Both the position numbers and the translations under genes were made by a program. This document shows, in pieces, positions 1 to 9,818 of a DNA stretch of 64,000 nucleotides. The notes under the pieces were generated by a model. That model worked only from the letters and a program-made list of their open reading frames with translations. It searched no databases and was not told where the DNA came from. Positions within the stretch are counted from its first letter, which is position 1, and each line of letters begins with the position of its first letter. The DNA lies in NCBI GenBank assembly GCA_046299555.1, contig JBKBHS010000004.1, positions 120,959-184,958 of the forward strand, read 5' to 3'. Source of the DNA: Bacteroidia bacterium. Its GTDB lineage: Bacteria > Bacteroidota > Bacteroidia > JACCXN01.

Positions 1-1121
1 ACTTTTGCTAATTTGTCAGGTGAATATTTACAGGCATTGTCAATTACGTTAATTAATGCAGTTCGAATTAAATGTAAATTACCTTTTGTAAACATTACAT
101 TTTCATCATCAGGCAAATTTTGGTAGTCAATTTCTATTTGATATTCAGGATGAATTTTTTGAATATCGTTTCTTATTTCCCACAATAATTCGTCAATTCG
201 TATTTTAATAATACTTAAATTGTCTCCTTGGTTATTAGCATAGGTAAGTTCAAGTAAACCGTTACAAATTTGATTTAGTTTTTTAATATCGTCTAATACC
301 GAACTAATGGAATTTTTATATTCTTCAACATTTCTTTCTTTAAGTAATGTAACTTCTAATTGTCCGGTTATTGCAGTTAGTGGAGTTCTTAATTCATGCG
401 ATGCATTGGATACAAAATTGCGTTTCATAATAAATGCATCTTCAATCCTATCAAGCATTCTATTAAAAGTATCAATAAGCATGTTTAATTCGTCTTCATT
501 GTTTTTAGTATAATCTTTTTGTAATCGTGCATGTAAATTTTGTTCATTTATATTATCAACGTTTTTAATAATTTTTGAAATAGGTTTTAGAGCTTGGGAG
601 GCATAAATTCTACTGATGATAAATGAAATCAAGATAAATATTAAACTTCCAACCAAGAGTAAAATTTTAAGTTTTTTTAATTTACTATGACCGTATAAAT
701 CTATTCCGCTGGCCAGTATGTAATATAATTTTTTGTTTATGTAATATGGATATATTATAATTTCATAATCTTCGTTATTGTAATATGCTTCTTTTTCGTT
801 ATTCAATTCTAGCCAATGCGGTTCAATAAAAATTCGATGATGTGGGTAACTTTCAAACAATATATTTTTCTTCGAATCTAAAAAAATGACATTTTCTTTA
901 AAAATAGTTACAGAGTCGTTTCTTGCTATGTAATTAATGTGTTCGTTGTAATTGGTTGCTAAAAATTTTAGAGTAGCTATTTCTGCATGATTTTTTAATC
1001 GTTTAATAAATTCCTCTTTTCTGTATTTTTCTAAGAGTAGATATATGGAAATAGAAAATAAAATTAAAATACCTGAAGTAATAATTGTAAATTGGAATGA
1101 TAATTTGTTACGTATCGTCAT
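1..1121 (-). CDS. HAMP-domain sensor histidine kinase (3' end runs off the window)
   Basis: Not in the ORF track. Read manually from ATG 1121: MTIRNKLSFQFTIITSGILILF (TM helix), H-box FVSNASHELRTPLTAI, N-box INVIDNACKYS; directly downstream of an OmpR-type regulator. Confidence 0.9.
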   Translation of the reverse strand, partial: MTIRNKLSFQFTIITSGILILFSISIYLLLEKYRKEEFIKRLKNHAEIATLKFLATNYNEHINYIARNDSVTIFKENVIFLDSKKNILFESYPHHRIFIEPHWLELNNEKEAYYNNEDYEIIIYPYYINKKLYYILASGIDLYGHSKLKKLKILLLVGSLIFILISFIISRIYASQALKPISKIIKNVDNINEQNLHARLQKDYTKNNEDELNMLIDTFNRMLDRIEDAFIMKRNFVSNASHELRTPLTAITGQLEVTLLKERNVEEYKNSISSVLDDIKKLNQICNGLLELTYANNQGDNLSIIKIRIDELLWEIRNDIQKIHPEYQIEIDYQNLPDDENVMFTKGNLHLIRTALINVIDNACKYSPDKLAK

Positions 1122-1133
1122 TTTAAAGAAAGA

Positions 1134-1811
1134 TTATGTATTTTCACGAATTACGTATCCCATTCCAACTTGAGTCTGAATTATTTTTTTATCAAAATCC
1201 TTATCTATTTTTTTTCTTAGAAAATTTATATACACATCAATAACATTGGTTCCGGTATCAAAATGTATATCCCATACTTTATCAGCTATTTCTTTTCTGG
1301 AAACAACTCTATCTTTATTTCTTAATAAATACTCTAATAATGCAAATTCTTTGGCAGTTAAATCAATTTTTTTATCCGCTCTTTTTACAATTTTTGATTC
1401 TAAATTTAATTCTAAATCATCTACTCTTAAAATACTTTCATCAGCATTTTTTGTACTTCTTTTTAACAAAGCTTTTATTCTGGCTAATAGTTCTCTAAAT
1501 TCAAATGGTTTTACCAAATAATCATCTGCACCATTTTCAAAACCGATAACTTTATCATCAGTGCTTCCTAAAGCGGTAAGCATTAAAATGGGTGTTTTAA
1601 TATTATTTTCACGAATAATTTTACACAATTCAATGCCATTAATTTTAGGAAGATTTACATCTAAAATTATCAAGTCAAAATGTTGGTTCAAAACCATTTT
1701 TTTTCCTTCTTCCCCATCATAAGCTATTTTGGTAGTAAAATTATCTTCGTCTAATCCACGTTGAATAAATGCTGCTACTTTGGGCTCGTCTTCAACTATA
1801 AGTATTTTCAT
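1134..1811 (-). CDS. OmpR/CusR-family DNA-binding response regulator
   Basis: MKILIVEDE receiver start (ATG 1811 preferred over the ORF-track start 1946), DVNLP phosphoacceptor, GADDYLVKPF, winged-helix C-terminus TNVIDVYINFLRKKID. Confidence 0.93.
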   Translation of the reverse strand: MKILIVEDEPKVAAFIQRGLDEDNFTTKIAYDGEEGKKMVLNQHFDLIILDVNLPKINGIELCKIIRENNIKTPILMLTALGSTDDKVIGFENGADDYLVKPFEFRELLARIKALLKRSTKNADESILRVDDLELNLESKIVKRADKKIDLTAKEFALLEYLLRNKDRVVSRKEIADKVWDIHFDTGTNVIDVYINFLRKKIDKDFDKKIIQTQVGMGYVIRENT

Positions 1812-1954
1812 TTGCAATATTATTTTAAGCAAAAATAACTTTAAGCAAGTTAGCAAATTGTTTTTAAGAATTAATTTTTGCTTAAATCTATATTTTTTCA
1901 ATTTTGAACTTTTATTAAAATAATGTAGGTTTACCGATAAAAACATTTTGACTT

Positions 1955-3544
1955 ATGACAAAACAAACTGAATCTTGGGGGTCGAGAGTAGGTTTAATAT
2001 TAGCAATGGCCGGGAATGCTGTTGGTTTAGGAAACTTTCTTCGCTTTCCGGTGCAGGCTGTTCAAAATGGCGGTGGTGCATTTATTATTCCATATCTAAC
2101 TTGTTTTTTATTAATGGGATTACCATTGCTTTTCGTTGAATGGTCAATGGGTCGATTTGGCGGAAAGTTTGGCCATCATTCTACTCCATTTATTTTAGAC
2201 TCAATGGACAAGCGTTCATTCTGGAAATACTTGGGCGTTTTTGGAATATTTACCAATTTATCAGTAGCAGCATACTATTGCTATTTAGAGTCATGGACAC
2301 TTTCTTACGTTTACCATTCAATAATTGGAAGTTTTAGTGGTAAAACAGCTGAAGAAGTAAGTTCTTTTTTTGGAAATTATGTGAGTGTTGGTTCCGGAAA
2401 TATAGAACCAATTATTTTTTGGATTATATGTTTAGTGCTTAATACTTGGATATTATCACGTGGTTTAAGTGGGGGAGTTGAAAAAGCTGCAAAAATTGGA
2501 ATGCCCTTGCTCTTGGCCTTTGGCGCTGTTTTAGCATTAATGGCTGTATCTATAAAAGCCGGTGAAAAAGGAGCAATCAATGATGGTACGGTTGGTTTAA
2601 ATTTTTTATGGACACCACAATTTGATTCAATTTGGAATGGTAAAGTATGGCTTGCTGCAGCAGGTCAAATTTTCTTTACATTATCTTTAGGGATGGGCTC
2701 AATTCATTGCTACGCTTCTTATATTAAAAGTAAAGACGATATTGCATTAAATGCCATGAGTGCAGGATGGATGAACGAATTTGTTGAAGTTGTTTTAGGA
2801 AGTTCTGTAATAATTCCAATTTCTATCGGTTATTTAGGAATTGATAAAGTGCTTGAAATGACAGCGGGTGGAAGTGGTTTTGGATTAGGCTTTAGTTCAC
2901 TGCCTTACTTGTTTCAACAATGGGGGCCAACACTGGCAATTGTTGCAGGAGTTATGTGGTTTGGTTTGCTATTCTTTGCAGGTATTACATCTTCGCTAGC
3001 CATGGGCACGCCATGTATGGGCTTTTTAATGGATGAATTTAATTTTAATCGTAAAGCTGCTGCATGGACATTTGGTGCAACCATATTGGTATTAGGGGCT
3101 CCTACCGTATTTTTCTTTAACTATGGAGTTTTTGATGAATACGATTATTGGGCAGGAACAGTTTCATTAGTTGTTTTTGCATTGGCCGAAATAATATTAT
3201 TTGCATGGGTATTTGGCATTGATAAAGGTTGGGCAGAAATTAATAAAGGCGCTGATATGAAAGTGCCCGTTATTTTCAAATATGTTATTAAATATGTTAC
3301 ACCATTATTTTTATTAGCAGTTTTCATATTTAGCTTACCCGGCATTTGGAATAAAATTTTAAATACTGATATTAAAGAAAAGTTAGCAGCAGCAACCGAT
3401 CCAGCAGTGGTAGAAAATCTGGAAACACAAATGCTGTATGTTAATTTTTCACGTTTGCTTTTAGTTGCATTATTTGCAGGTATTTCTTATTTAGTTTACG
3501 TTGCTTATAAAAAACGAATTAAAGAAGGGAGATTTACATCATGA
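1955..3544 (+). CDS. Sodium-dependent transporter, NSS/SNF family
   Basis: GNAVGLGNFLRFP, NGGGAFIIPY and AAGQIFFTLSLG motifs; many TM helices. Confidence 0.93.
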   Translation: MTKQTESWGSRVGLILAMAGNAVGLGNFLRFPVQAVQNGGGAFIIPYLTCFLLMGLPLLFVEWSMGRFGGKFGHHSTPFILDSMDKRSFWKYLGVFGIFTNLSVAAYYCYLESWTLSYVYHSIIGSFSGKTAEEVSSFFGNYVSVGSGNIEPIIFWIICLVLNTWILSRGLSGGVEKAAKIGMPLLLAFGAVLALMAVSIKAGEKGAINDGTVGLNFLWTPQFDSIWNGKVWLAAAGQIFFTLSLGMGSIHCYASYIKSKDDIALNAMSAGWMNEFVEVVLGSSVIIPISIGYLGIDKVLEMTAGGSGFGLGFSSLPYLFQQWGPTLAIVAGVMWFGLLFFAGITSSLAMGTPCMGFLMDEFNFNRKAAAWTFGATILVLGAPTVFFFNYGVFDEYDYWAGTVSLVVFALAEIILFAWVFGIDKGWAEINKGADMKVPVIFKYVIKYVTPLFLLAVFIFSLPGIWNKILNTDIKEKLAAATDPAVVENLETQMLYVNFSRLLLVALFAGISYLVYVAYKKRIKEGRFTS

Positions 3545-3684
3545 GTACAGCGGCACTTACAATGATGCTTGTTACGCAAATTACCGTAATATGCATTACC
3601 GGATTTTTCTTTTACAAGGTTTTAACTACTAAACCTAAGCCTGAGCCGGATTCATATTGCGAAAATGATGATGAGCCAAGATAA
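3541..3684 (+). CDS. Small single-TM protein (47 aa), probable MetS-like NSS transporter small subunit
   Basis: ATGA overlap with the transporter stop; MSTAALTMMLVTQITVICITGFFFYKVLTTKPKPEPDSYCENDDEPR*; below the ORF-track cutoff. Confidence 0.7.
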   Translation: MSTAALTMMLVTQITVICITGFFFYKVLTTKPKPEPDSYCENDDEPR

Positions 3685-3712
3685 ATAGCCATATTTTATA
3701 TCAAAATTCAAC

Positions 3713-4648
3713 ATGAGTTTTGTAAAAGATTTTCTAACGTTTAATAAACGCGAAAGAAATGGGTTATTTGTTTTGTCATTCATAATAGTTGTATTAGTAA
3801 TATTTAATTTTTGGTTAAGCTTTTCAGAAGATAATCATTCACAACCGGATTTTACTGCATTTGAAAAATCTATCAAAGATTTTTATAATTCTTCTAATTG
3901 TAACACTACAAAGTTTATTACAGATTCAGTTACTACAACAGAAAATGATAGTTTAATTGTTCAACCCGAATTATTTGTTTTTAACCCCAATACCTCGTCT
4001 GATAATGATTTTCAAAAACTCGGCCTAAATTCCAAGCAAATAAATAATATCAGAAATTATTTAGAAAAAGCAGGCTCATTTCGTTTTAAAGAAGACTTTG
4101 GAAAGCTGTATGCAATTGGAGATTCTTTGTATGCAATTCTTCAGCCTTACATCGATTTGCCTGATAAAGAAAGCTATTATGCATCAAAAAAAGCTTCCTA
4201 TAACAAACAAGAATATCCTAAACAAGAAATACAAAAAGTTCAAAAACCATTACTGGAATTAAATAATGCTGATTCGCTTCAATTGATAGAAATAAAAGGA
4301 ATTGGACCCGCTTTTGCTTCCCGTATAATAAAATACAGAAATCGTTTAGGAGGTTTTCAGCGGGTGGAACAACTTATGGAAGTTTATGGAATGAAAGAAG
4401 AACAATTTGAACTTATTAAAAGCCAGGTAAAAGTTAATCCCGATGTTATAATAAAAATCAATATAAATAGCTGTACGGCAGAAGTACTTAAAAATCATCC
4501 CTACGTTAATAATTGGAACATTGCCAATGCATTAATAAATTACCGTAAAAAACATGGGATGTTTAAATCAGTTGAAGAGATTAAAAAGTGCGATTTGGTA
4601 AATGATGAATTATACCTTAAACTTGCACCTTATTTGACATTAGATTAA
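3713..4648 (+). CDS. ComEA-like helix-hairpin-helix DNA-binding protein with N-terminal membrane anchor
   Basis: Three HhH-type modules (FNPNT..., LELNNADSLQLIEIKGIGPAFASRIIKYR, ININSCTAEVL); N-terminal TM helix. Confidence 0.85.
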   Translation: MSFVKDFLTFNKRERNGLFVLSFIIVVLVIFNFWLSFSEDNHSQPDFTAFEKSIKDFYNSSNCNTTKFITDSVTTTENDSLIVQPELFVFNPNTSSDNDFQKLGLNSKQINNIRNYLEKAGSFRFKEDFGKLYAIGDSLYAILQPYIDLPDKESYYASKKASYNKQEYPKQEIQKVQKPLLELNNADSLQLIEIKGIGPAFASRIIKYRNRLGGFQRVEQLMEVYGMKEEQFELIKSQVKVNPDVIIKININSCTAEVLKNHPYVNNWNIANALINYRKKHGMFKSVEEIKKCDLVNDELYLKLAPYLTLD

Positions 4649-4660
4649 TACAATTATTAC

Positions 4661-5191
4661 ATGTTGCAAGAGCGTTTAAAACGAGCCATTCGAAATGTTC
4701 CGGATTTTCCGAAACCAGGTATTTTATTTAAAGACATTACCCCTATTTTATTAGATCCCGAATTATGCAGAGATATTGTTTTAGAATTTAAAAACAGATT
4801 TGAAAATAATAAAATTGATGCAATAGTTGGAGTAGAAAGCAGAGGATTTTTATTTGGAATGCTAATGGCTCAAGAATTGAAAATACCATTTGTAACCATT
4901 AGAAAAGCAGGTAAATTACCCTACAAAACAATTTCATTCGAATATACATTAGAATATGGTTCAGCAAAAATGGAAATGCATATTGACGCCATAAAACCCG
5001 GATGGAATGTATTGATACATGACGATTTACTTGCAACCGGTGGAACAGCTGCCGCCTCTGCCGAACTAATAAAAATGCAAAATGCCAATGTAGCCGGCTT
5101 TGCCTTTTTAGTTGAATTAACTTTTTTAAAAGGTAAAGAACGTTTAAACCAATACACGCCTAACATTGTTAGTTTAGTAAATTTTGATTAA
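4661..5191 (+). CDS. apt: Adenine phosphoribosyltransferase
   Basis: PDFPKPGILFKDITP, ESRGF and PRPP-binding DDLLATGGT motifs. Confidence 0.97.
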   Translation: MLQERLKRAIRNVPDFPKPGILFKDITPILLDPELCRDIVLEFKNRFENNKIDAIVGVESRGFLFGMLMAQELKIPFVTIRKAGKLPYKTISFEYTLEYGSAKMEMHIDAIKPGWNVLIHDDLLATGGTAAASAELIKMQNANVAGFAFLVELTFLKGKERLNQYTPNIVSLVNFD

Positions 5192-5216
5192 TAAACCTTA
5201 TAACTATTGATTAAAA

Positions 5217-6362
5217 ATGATGGATTTTAGCACTACCGAAAATCAAAAAATGATCGCTGACATGGTTCGCGATTTTGCTGAAAAAAACATACGTCCAAAG
5301 TTTATGGAATGGGACGAAAAGCAAGAGTTCCCGCGCGATTTATTTCGCAAAATGGGAGAATTAGGATTAATGGGCGTTTTAGTACCTCAAGAATATGGTG
5401 GTGCAGGTTTAAGTTACACTGAATATGTTACAGCTATTGTAGAAATAGCAAAAGTTTGCGGTTCTGTTGGTTTATCTATGGCTGCTCATAATTCGCTGTG
5501 CACCGGCCATATATTACAATTTGGTAACGAAGAACAAAAGAAAAAATATTTACCCAAATTAGCTACAGGAGAATGGATTGGAGCATGGGGCTTAACTGAA
5601 GCTAATACCGGTTCGGACGCTATGCGTATGAAATGCGTTGCACACCAAGATGGCGATTATTGGGTAATTAACGGTACTAAAAATTGGATAACACACGGAA
5701 TTTCAGGAGAAGTAGCTGTAGTCTTAGTTCGCACAGGAGAATTGCTTGATTCGCATGGAATAACAGCATTTATAGTAGAACGTGGCACACCGGGCTTTTC
5801 AGGTGGTAAAAAAGAAAATAAGTTAGGCATGCGATGTTCCGAAACTGCAGAGTTAATATTCGATAATTGTCGCGTACACAAAAGCCAGATTTTAGGCAAT
5901 GTAGGCGATGGCTTTGTACAAGCCATGAAAGTATTAGATGGAGGAAGAATTTCCATTGCAGCATTATCATTAGGAATTGCCAAAGGAGCCTACGAAGCTG
6001 CATTAAAATACTCTAAAGAACGCGAACAATTCGGGCAACCTATTTCAAATTTTCAAGCAATTGCATTTAAACTGGCCGACATGGCAACTGAAATAGAAGC
6101 CGCATCATTATTAACTTATCAAGCAGCAGATTTAAAAAACAGAGGTGAAAAAGTAACTAAACAATCAGCATTCGCAAAATATTATGCCTCTGAAGTAAGC
6201 GTTAGAACAGCTACCGAAGCCATTCAAATTTTTGGGGGATACGGTTATACCAAAGATTTTCCGGTAGAAAAATTCTATCGCGATGCTAAACTATGTACCA
6301 TTGGCGAAGGAACATCCGAAATTCAAAAATTAGTAATTGCAAGAAATATTTTAAAAGATTAA
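5217..6362 (+). CDS. Acyl-CoA dehydrogenase
   Basis: WGLTEANTGSDA, NGTKNWITHG, REQFGQPISNFQAI, IFGGYGY, IGEGTSEIQ. Confidence 0.95.
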   Translation: MMDFSTTENQKMIADMVRDFAEKNIRPKFMEWDEKQEFPRDLFRKMGELGLMGVLVPQEYGGAGLSYTEYVTAIVEIAKVCGSVGLSMAAHNSLCTGHILQFGNEEQKKKYLPKLATGEWIGAWGLTEANTGSDAMRMKCVAHQDGDYWVINGTKNWITHGISGEVAVVLVRTGELLDSHGITAFIVERGTPGFSGGKKENKLGMRCSETAELIFDNCRVHKSQILGNVGDGFVQAMKVLDGGRISIAALSLGIAKGAYEAALKYSKEREQFGQPISNFQAIAFKLADMATEIEAASLLTYQAADLKNRGEKVTKQSAFAKYYASEVSVRTATEAIQIFGGYGYTKDFPVEKFYRDAKLCTIGEGTSEIQKLVIARNILKD

Positions 6363-6394
6363 TTTGGAAAATATAAAAGCTTACCATATCTTCG
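6363..6394 (+). promoter_or_regulatory. Bacteroidota primary-sigma promoter for rpsU (-33 TTTG, -7 TATCTTCG)
   Basis: TTTG 6363-6366, 20-nt spacer, TATCTTCG 6387-6394 (one mismatch to TAnnTTTG). Confidence 0.6.
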
Positions 6395-6410
6395 CAGCCC
6401 TAAAACCATT

Positions 6411-6420
6411 TAAGGAGGTG
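6411..6420 (+). promoter_or_regulatory. Extended Shine-Dalgarno of rpsU
   Basis: TAAGGAGGTG 8 nt upstream of ATG 6429. Confidence 0.85.
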
Positions 6421-6428
6421 TATTAAAA

Positions 6429-6620
6429 ATGATAATTGTACCCGTAAAAGAAGGCGAAACAATAGAAAAAGCCTTAAAAAAGTTTAAAAAGAAATTTGAA
6501 AAAACAGGTATAGTAAAAGAACTTCGCGAACGCCAAAAATATACCAAACCTTCTGTTAAAAGAAGAGAACAAATTATTAGAGCGATTTATCGCGAAAAAA
6601 TGAAGCAATTAGAAGAATAG
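6429..6620 (+). CDS. rpsU: 30S ribosomal protein bS21
   Basis: VKEGETIEKALKKFKKK...ELRERQKYTKPSVKRR. Confidence 0.96.
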   Translation: MIIVPVKEGETIEKALKKFKKKFEKTGIVKELRERQKYTKPSVKRREQIIRAIYREKMKQLEE

Positions 6621-6645
6621 TAACCTATTTATAGTTTCAATTTTT

Positions 6646-6699
6646 TTTTACCCCGATTAATTAACTTTTTTTTAAAAGTTAAGTATAATCGGGGTAAAA
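6646..6699. other. Long two-tier stem-loop between rpsU and xerC (terminator/attenuator-like)
   Basis: TTTTACCCCGATTA / TAATCGGGGTAAAA perfect 14-bp outer stem plus inner TTAACTTTT / AAAAGTTAA stem. Confidence 0.7.
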
Positions 6700-6706
6700 T
6701 ATTTAT

Positions 6707-7588
6707 ATGCCTTACCAATCTTTCATAGAGTATTTAAAATTTCAAAAGCGTGCATCTATACATACTGTTAAAGCATATCAAAAAGACTTAGAACAATTTT
6801 TTCAATACCTTGATAACAATTACCATATCTCATTACCGGAGCAAGTTGAAAGTACTTATGTAAGAAGTTGGATGGCATACTTAATGCAAAGTGGAATTAC
6901 CCCAAAAGCAATGAATCGAAAAATTTCAACTTTACGAAGCTTTTTTACCTACCTTGTTAAACAACAAAAATTACACAAAAATCCCATATCTAAAATTGTA
7001 GCCCCAAAAATACCCAAACGATTACCTTCATTTGTCCCCAAAAATAATATGGATGATTTATTCAAAAACATCCATTTTTCAGATGATTATAAGGGCAAAA
7101 GAGACGAATTGATTATCGATATTTTTTATAGCACCGGTATTCGTTTAAGCGAATTAATTAATTTAAAAAAAACAGATATTGATACAATCAATCACACTAT
7201 AAAAGTTTTAGGGAAAAGAAGTAAAGAACGAATAATTCCATTAAATGAAAACCTAATCATAAAAATTAATGAGTTTTTAAAATTCACAGAAACCAAAATA
7301 AAGTCAAGTGAAAACTATCTTTTTTTAACAGAAAAAGGAAAGAAAATTTCTCCGCGTCTTGTTTACACAATCGTAAATACTTACCTTAGCAGAGTAGCAA
7401 CCATTAAACAAAAAAGTCCGCACGTGCTAAGGCACACATTTGCAACACACATGCTCGAAAACGGAGCCGATATTAATGCAATAAAAGAGTTGCTCGGACA
7501 TTCAAGTTTAGCAGCTACACAAATTTATACACATAATACTATTGAAAAATTAAAAAAAGTTTATGATAAAGCCCATCCAAGGGAATAA
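6707..7588 (+). CDS. xerC: Tyrosine recombinase XerC-like
   Basis: N-terminal SAM-like domain, TGIRLSEL, GKRSKER, SPHVLRHTFATH, LLGHSSLAATQIYTH; rpsU-xerC-hpf context. Confidence 0.85.
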   Translation: MPYQSFIEYLKFQKRASIHTVKAYQKDLEQFFQYLDNNYHISLPEQVESTYVRSWMAYLMQSGITPKAMNRKISTLRSFFTYLVKQQKLHKNPISKIVAPKIPKRLPSFVPKNNMDDLFKNIHFSDDYKGKRDELIIDIFYSTGIRLSELINLKKTDIDTINHTIKVLGKRSKERIIPLNENLIIKINEFLKFTETKIKSSENYLFLTEKGKKISPRLVYTIVNTYLSRVATIKQKSPHVLRHTFATHMLENGADINAIKELLGHSSLAATQIYTHNTIEKLKKVYDKAHPRE

Positions 7589-7619
7589 TGTTTAATATTT
7601 AAATACCGGAGGAAATCAC

Positions 7620-7919
7620 ATGGACATTAAAATTCAATCCATTCACTTCGATGCAGATAAAAAATTAATCGCATTTATCGAAGAAAAAGTAAAAAAACTT
7701 GCCAAGTATCATGATGGTATTATTGGAGCAGAAGTTTTTTTGAGATTAGAAAAGAATAGCGAAAAAGAAAATAAAATTACCGAAATTAAATTATTAGTTC
7801 CCGGAAGCGATGTATTTGCTAAACGTCAATGTACTACTTTCGAAGAAGCAACCGATTTATCAGTAGAGGCTATTGCCACTCAACTAAAAAAACAAAAAGA
7901 AAAAGCAAGAGGAATGTAA
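7620..7919 (+). CDS. hpf: Ribosome hibernation promoting factor / RaiA family
   Basis: MDIKIQSIHFDAD...FEEATDLSVEAIATQLKKQKEK; S30AE family size and context. Confidence 0.9.
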   Translation: MDIKIQSIHFDADKKLIAFIEEKVKKLAKYHDGIIGAEVFLRLEKNSEKENKITEIKLLVPGSDVFAKRQCTTFEEATDLSVEAIATQLKKQKEKARGM

Positions 7920-7999
7920 TTTTTTTTATTGATTTTCAGCAAAATGCTAATATATTGTTAATTTATAGAAAAAAAATCCCAAAAAAGCAATACATTTTT

Positions 8000-8030
8000 T
8001 TTGCATAGCAATAAAACTTTTATACATTTG
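8000..8030 (+). promoter_or_regulatory. Consensus Bacteroidota promoter of the tRNA-tuf operon
   Basis: -33 TTTG 8000-8003, 19-nt spacer, -7 TACATTTG 8023-8030. Confidence 0.8.
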
Positions 8031-8102
8031 CAGTCCCTTTTCGTAGGGGCTGCTTTTTTTTGTGCTTAAAAACGAACAGAAATTAGCGGTATTAAAGGAA
8101 AA

Positions 8103-8176
8103 GCCGATGTAGCTCAGTTGGCCAGAGCAGCTGATTTGTAATCAGCTGGTCGGGGGTTCGAATCCCTCCATCGGCT
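8103..8176 (+). tRNA. tRNA-Thr(TGT)
   Basis: GCCGATG/CATCGGC acceptor stem, anticodon arm GCTGA-TTTGTAA-TCAGC, GTTCGAATC T-loop. Confidence 0.96.
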
Positions 8177-8204
8177 CAGTTCTTTATATATTGAAATTTG
8201 GGAA

Positions 8205-8285
8205 GGGGAGATACCAGAGTGGCCAAATGGGACGGACTGTAAATCCGTTGCGAAAGCTTCGAAGGTTCGAATCCTTCTCTCCCCA
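8205..8285 (+). tRNA. tRNA-Tyr(GTA)
   Basis: GGGGAGA/TCTCCCC acceptor stem, ACGGA-CTGTAAA-TCCGT arm, long variable arm. Confidence 0.96.
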
Positions 8286-8296
8286 CACAAGTATAA

Positions 8297-8369
8297 GCGG
8301 AAGTAGCTCATTTGGTAGAGCATCAGCCTTCCAAGCTGAGGGTGGCGGGTTCGAGCCCCGTCTTCCGCT
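8297..8369 (+). tRNA. tRNA-Gly(TCC)
   Basis: GCGGAAG/CTTCCGC acceptor stem, TCAGC-CTTCCAA-GCTGA arm. Confidence 0.96.
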
Positions 8370-8421
8370 CTAAATATTAAGTTTGAGTTAAATTGGTTTT
8401 ACGAGTTTTACTCGAACTAAA

Positions 8422-8494
<73 letters not shown>

Positions 8495-8554
8495 CAAACG
8501 TGCTTTTAAGAATTTTTATTAAATAAATTGAATTAAATTTTATAACACTAAATT

Positions 8555-9742
8555 ATGGCTAAAGAAAAATTTGATCGTTCCAAACCGCACGTAAACATTG
8601 GAACAATCGGTCACGTAGACCACGGTAAAACAACCTTAACAGCTGCAATTACTGCTGTACTTGCAAATAAAGGGTTAGCAGAAAAAAGAGATTTCTCTTC
8701 AATCGACAACGCTCCTGAAGAAAAAGAAAGAGGTATTACTATCAATACTTCTCACGTTGAGTATCAAACATCTAACCGTCACTATGCTCACGTTGACTGT
8801 CCTGGTCACGCTGACTATGTTAAAAACATGGTTACCGGTGCTGCTCAAATGGATGGAGCTATCCTTGTTGTAGCTGCTACTGATGGTCCAATGCCACAAA
8901 CTCGTGAGCACATCCTTTTAGCTCGTCAGGTTGGTGTACCTAAAATTGTTGTATTCATGAATAAAGTAGACATGGTTGATGACCCTGAGTTATTAGACCT
9001 TGTTGAAATGGAAATTCGTGAATTATTAAGTTTCTATGAATTTGATGGTGATAACACTCCAATAATTCGTGGTTCAGCTCTTGGTGCTTTAAACGGTGAA
9101 CCTAAATGGGTTGCTACTGTAGAAGCATTAATGGATGCTGTTGATACATATATTCCGCTTCCTCCACGCGAAGTTGATAAACCATTCTTAATGCCTGTTG
9201 AAGACGTATTTACTATTACAGGTCGTGGTACAGTTGCTACCGGACGTATTGAAACAGGTGTTGTTAATACCGGTGATGAAGTAGAAATTATCGGTATGCA
9301 AGCTGAAAAACTTAAATCAACAATTACCGGAGTAGAAATGTTCCGTAAAATATTAGACAGAGGCGAAGCCGGTGATAACGTTGGTTTATTATTACGTGGT
9401 ATCGATAAAAAAGATATCCGTAGAGGTATGGTAATTTGTAAACCAGGTTCAATTACTCCACATACAGAATTTAAAGCTGAGGTTTATGTATTAAAGAAAG
9501 AAGAAGGTGGACGTCATACTCCATTCCAAAATAAATACCGTCCTCAGTTCTATTTAAGAACAACTGACGTAACAGGAGAAATTTATTTACCAGAAGGAAC
9601 AGAAATGGTAATGCCTGGAGATAACGTTACTATTACAGTTAAATTAATCCAACCAGTTGCTCTAAATAAAGGATTACGTTTTGCTATCCGTGAAGGTGGT
9701 AGAACAATTGGAGCCGGTCAGGTAACTGAAATTTTAAAATAA
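8555..9742 (+). CDS. tuf: Elongation factor Tu
   Basis: [25 protein letters not shown]. Confidence 0.99.
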   Translation: MAKEKFDRSKPHVNIGTIGHVDHGKTTLTAAITAVLANKGLAEKRDFSSIDNAPEEKERGITINTSHVEYQTSNRHYAHVDCPGHADYVKNMVTGAAQMDGAILVVAATDGPMPQTREHILLARQVGVPKIVVFMNKVDMVDDPELLDLVEMEIRELLSFYEFDGDNTPIIRGSALGALNGEPKWVATVEALMDAVDTYIPLPPREVDKPFLMPVEDVFTITGRGTVATGRIETGVVNTGDEVEIIGMQAEKLKSTITGVEMFRKILDRGEAGDNVGLLLRGIDKKDIRRGMVICKPGSITPHTEFKAEVYVLKKEEGGRHTPFQNKYRPQFYLRTTDVTGEIYLPEGTEMVMPGDNVTITVKLIQPVALNKGLRFAIREGGRTIGAGQVTEILK

Positions 9743-9764
9743 AAACTCATTGGGAGACTGCTTA

Positions 9765-9794
9765 AAAGGTGCATTTGGAAACAAGTGCACCTTT
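9765..9794 (+). other. GNRA-capped stem-loop between tuf and tRNA-Trp
   Basis: AAAGGTGCATTTG-GAAA-CAAGTGCACCTTT; no long U tract, so more likely a processing or stability hairpin. Confidence 0.6.
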
Positions 9795-9818
9795 AGCTGC
9801 CCTAATGAATAACTCTTT

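Noticed and set aside
8114-8373. ORFs 8114-8323 (-) and 8191-8373 (+)
   Set aside because: They overlap the tRNA genes and are spurious translations
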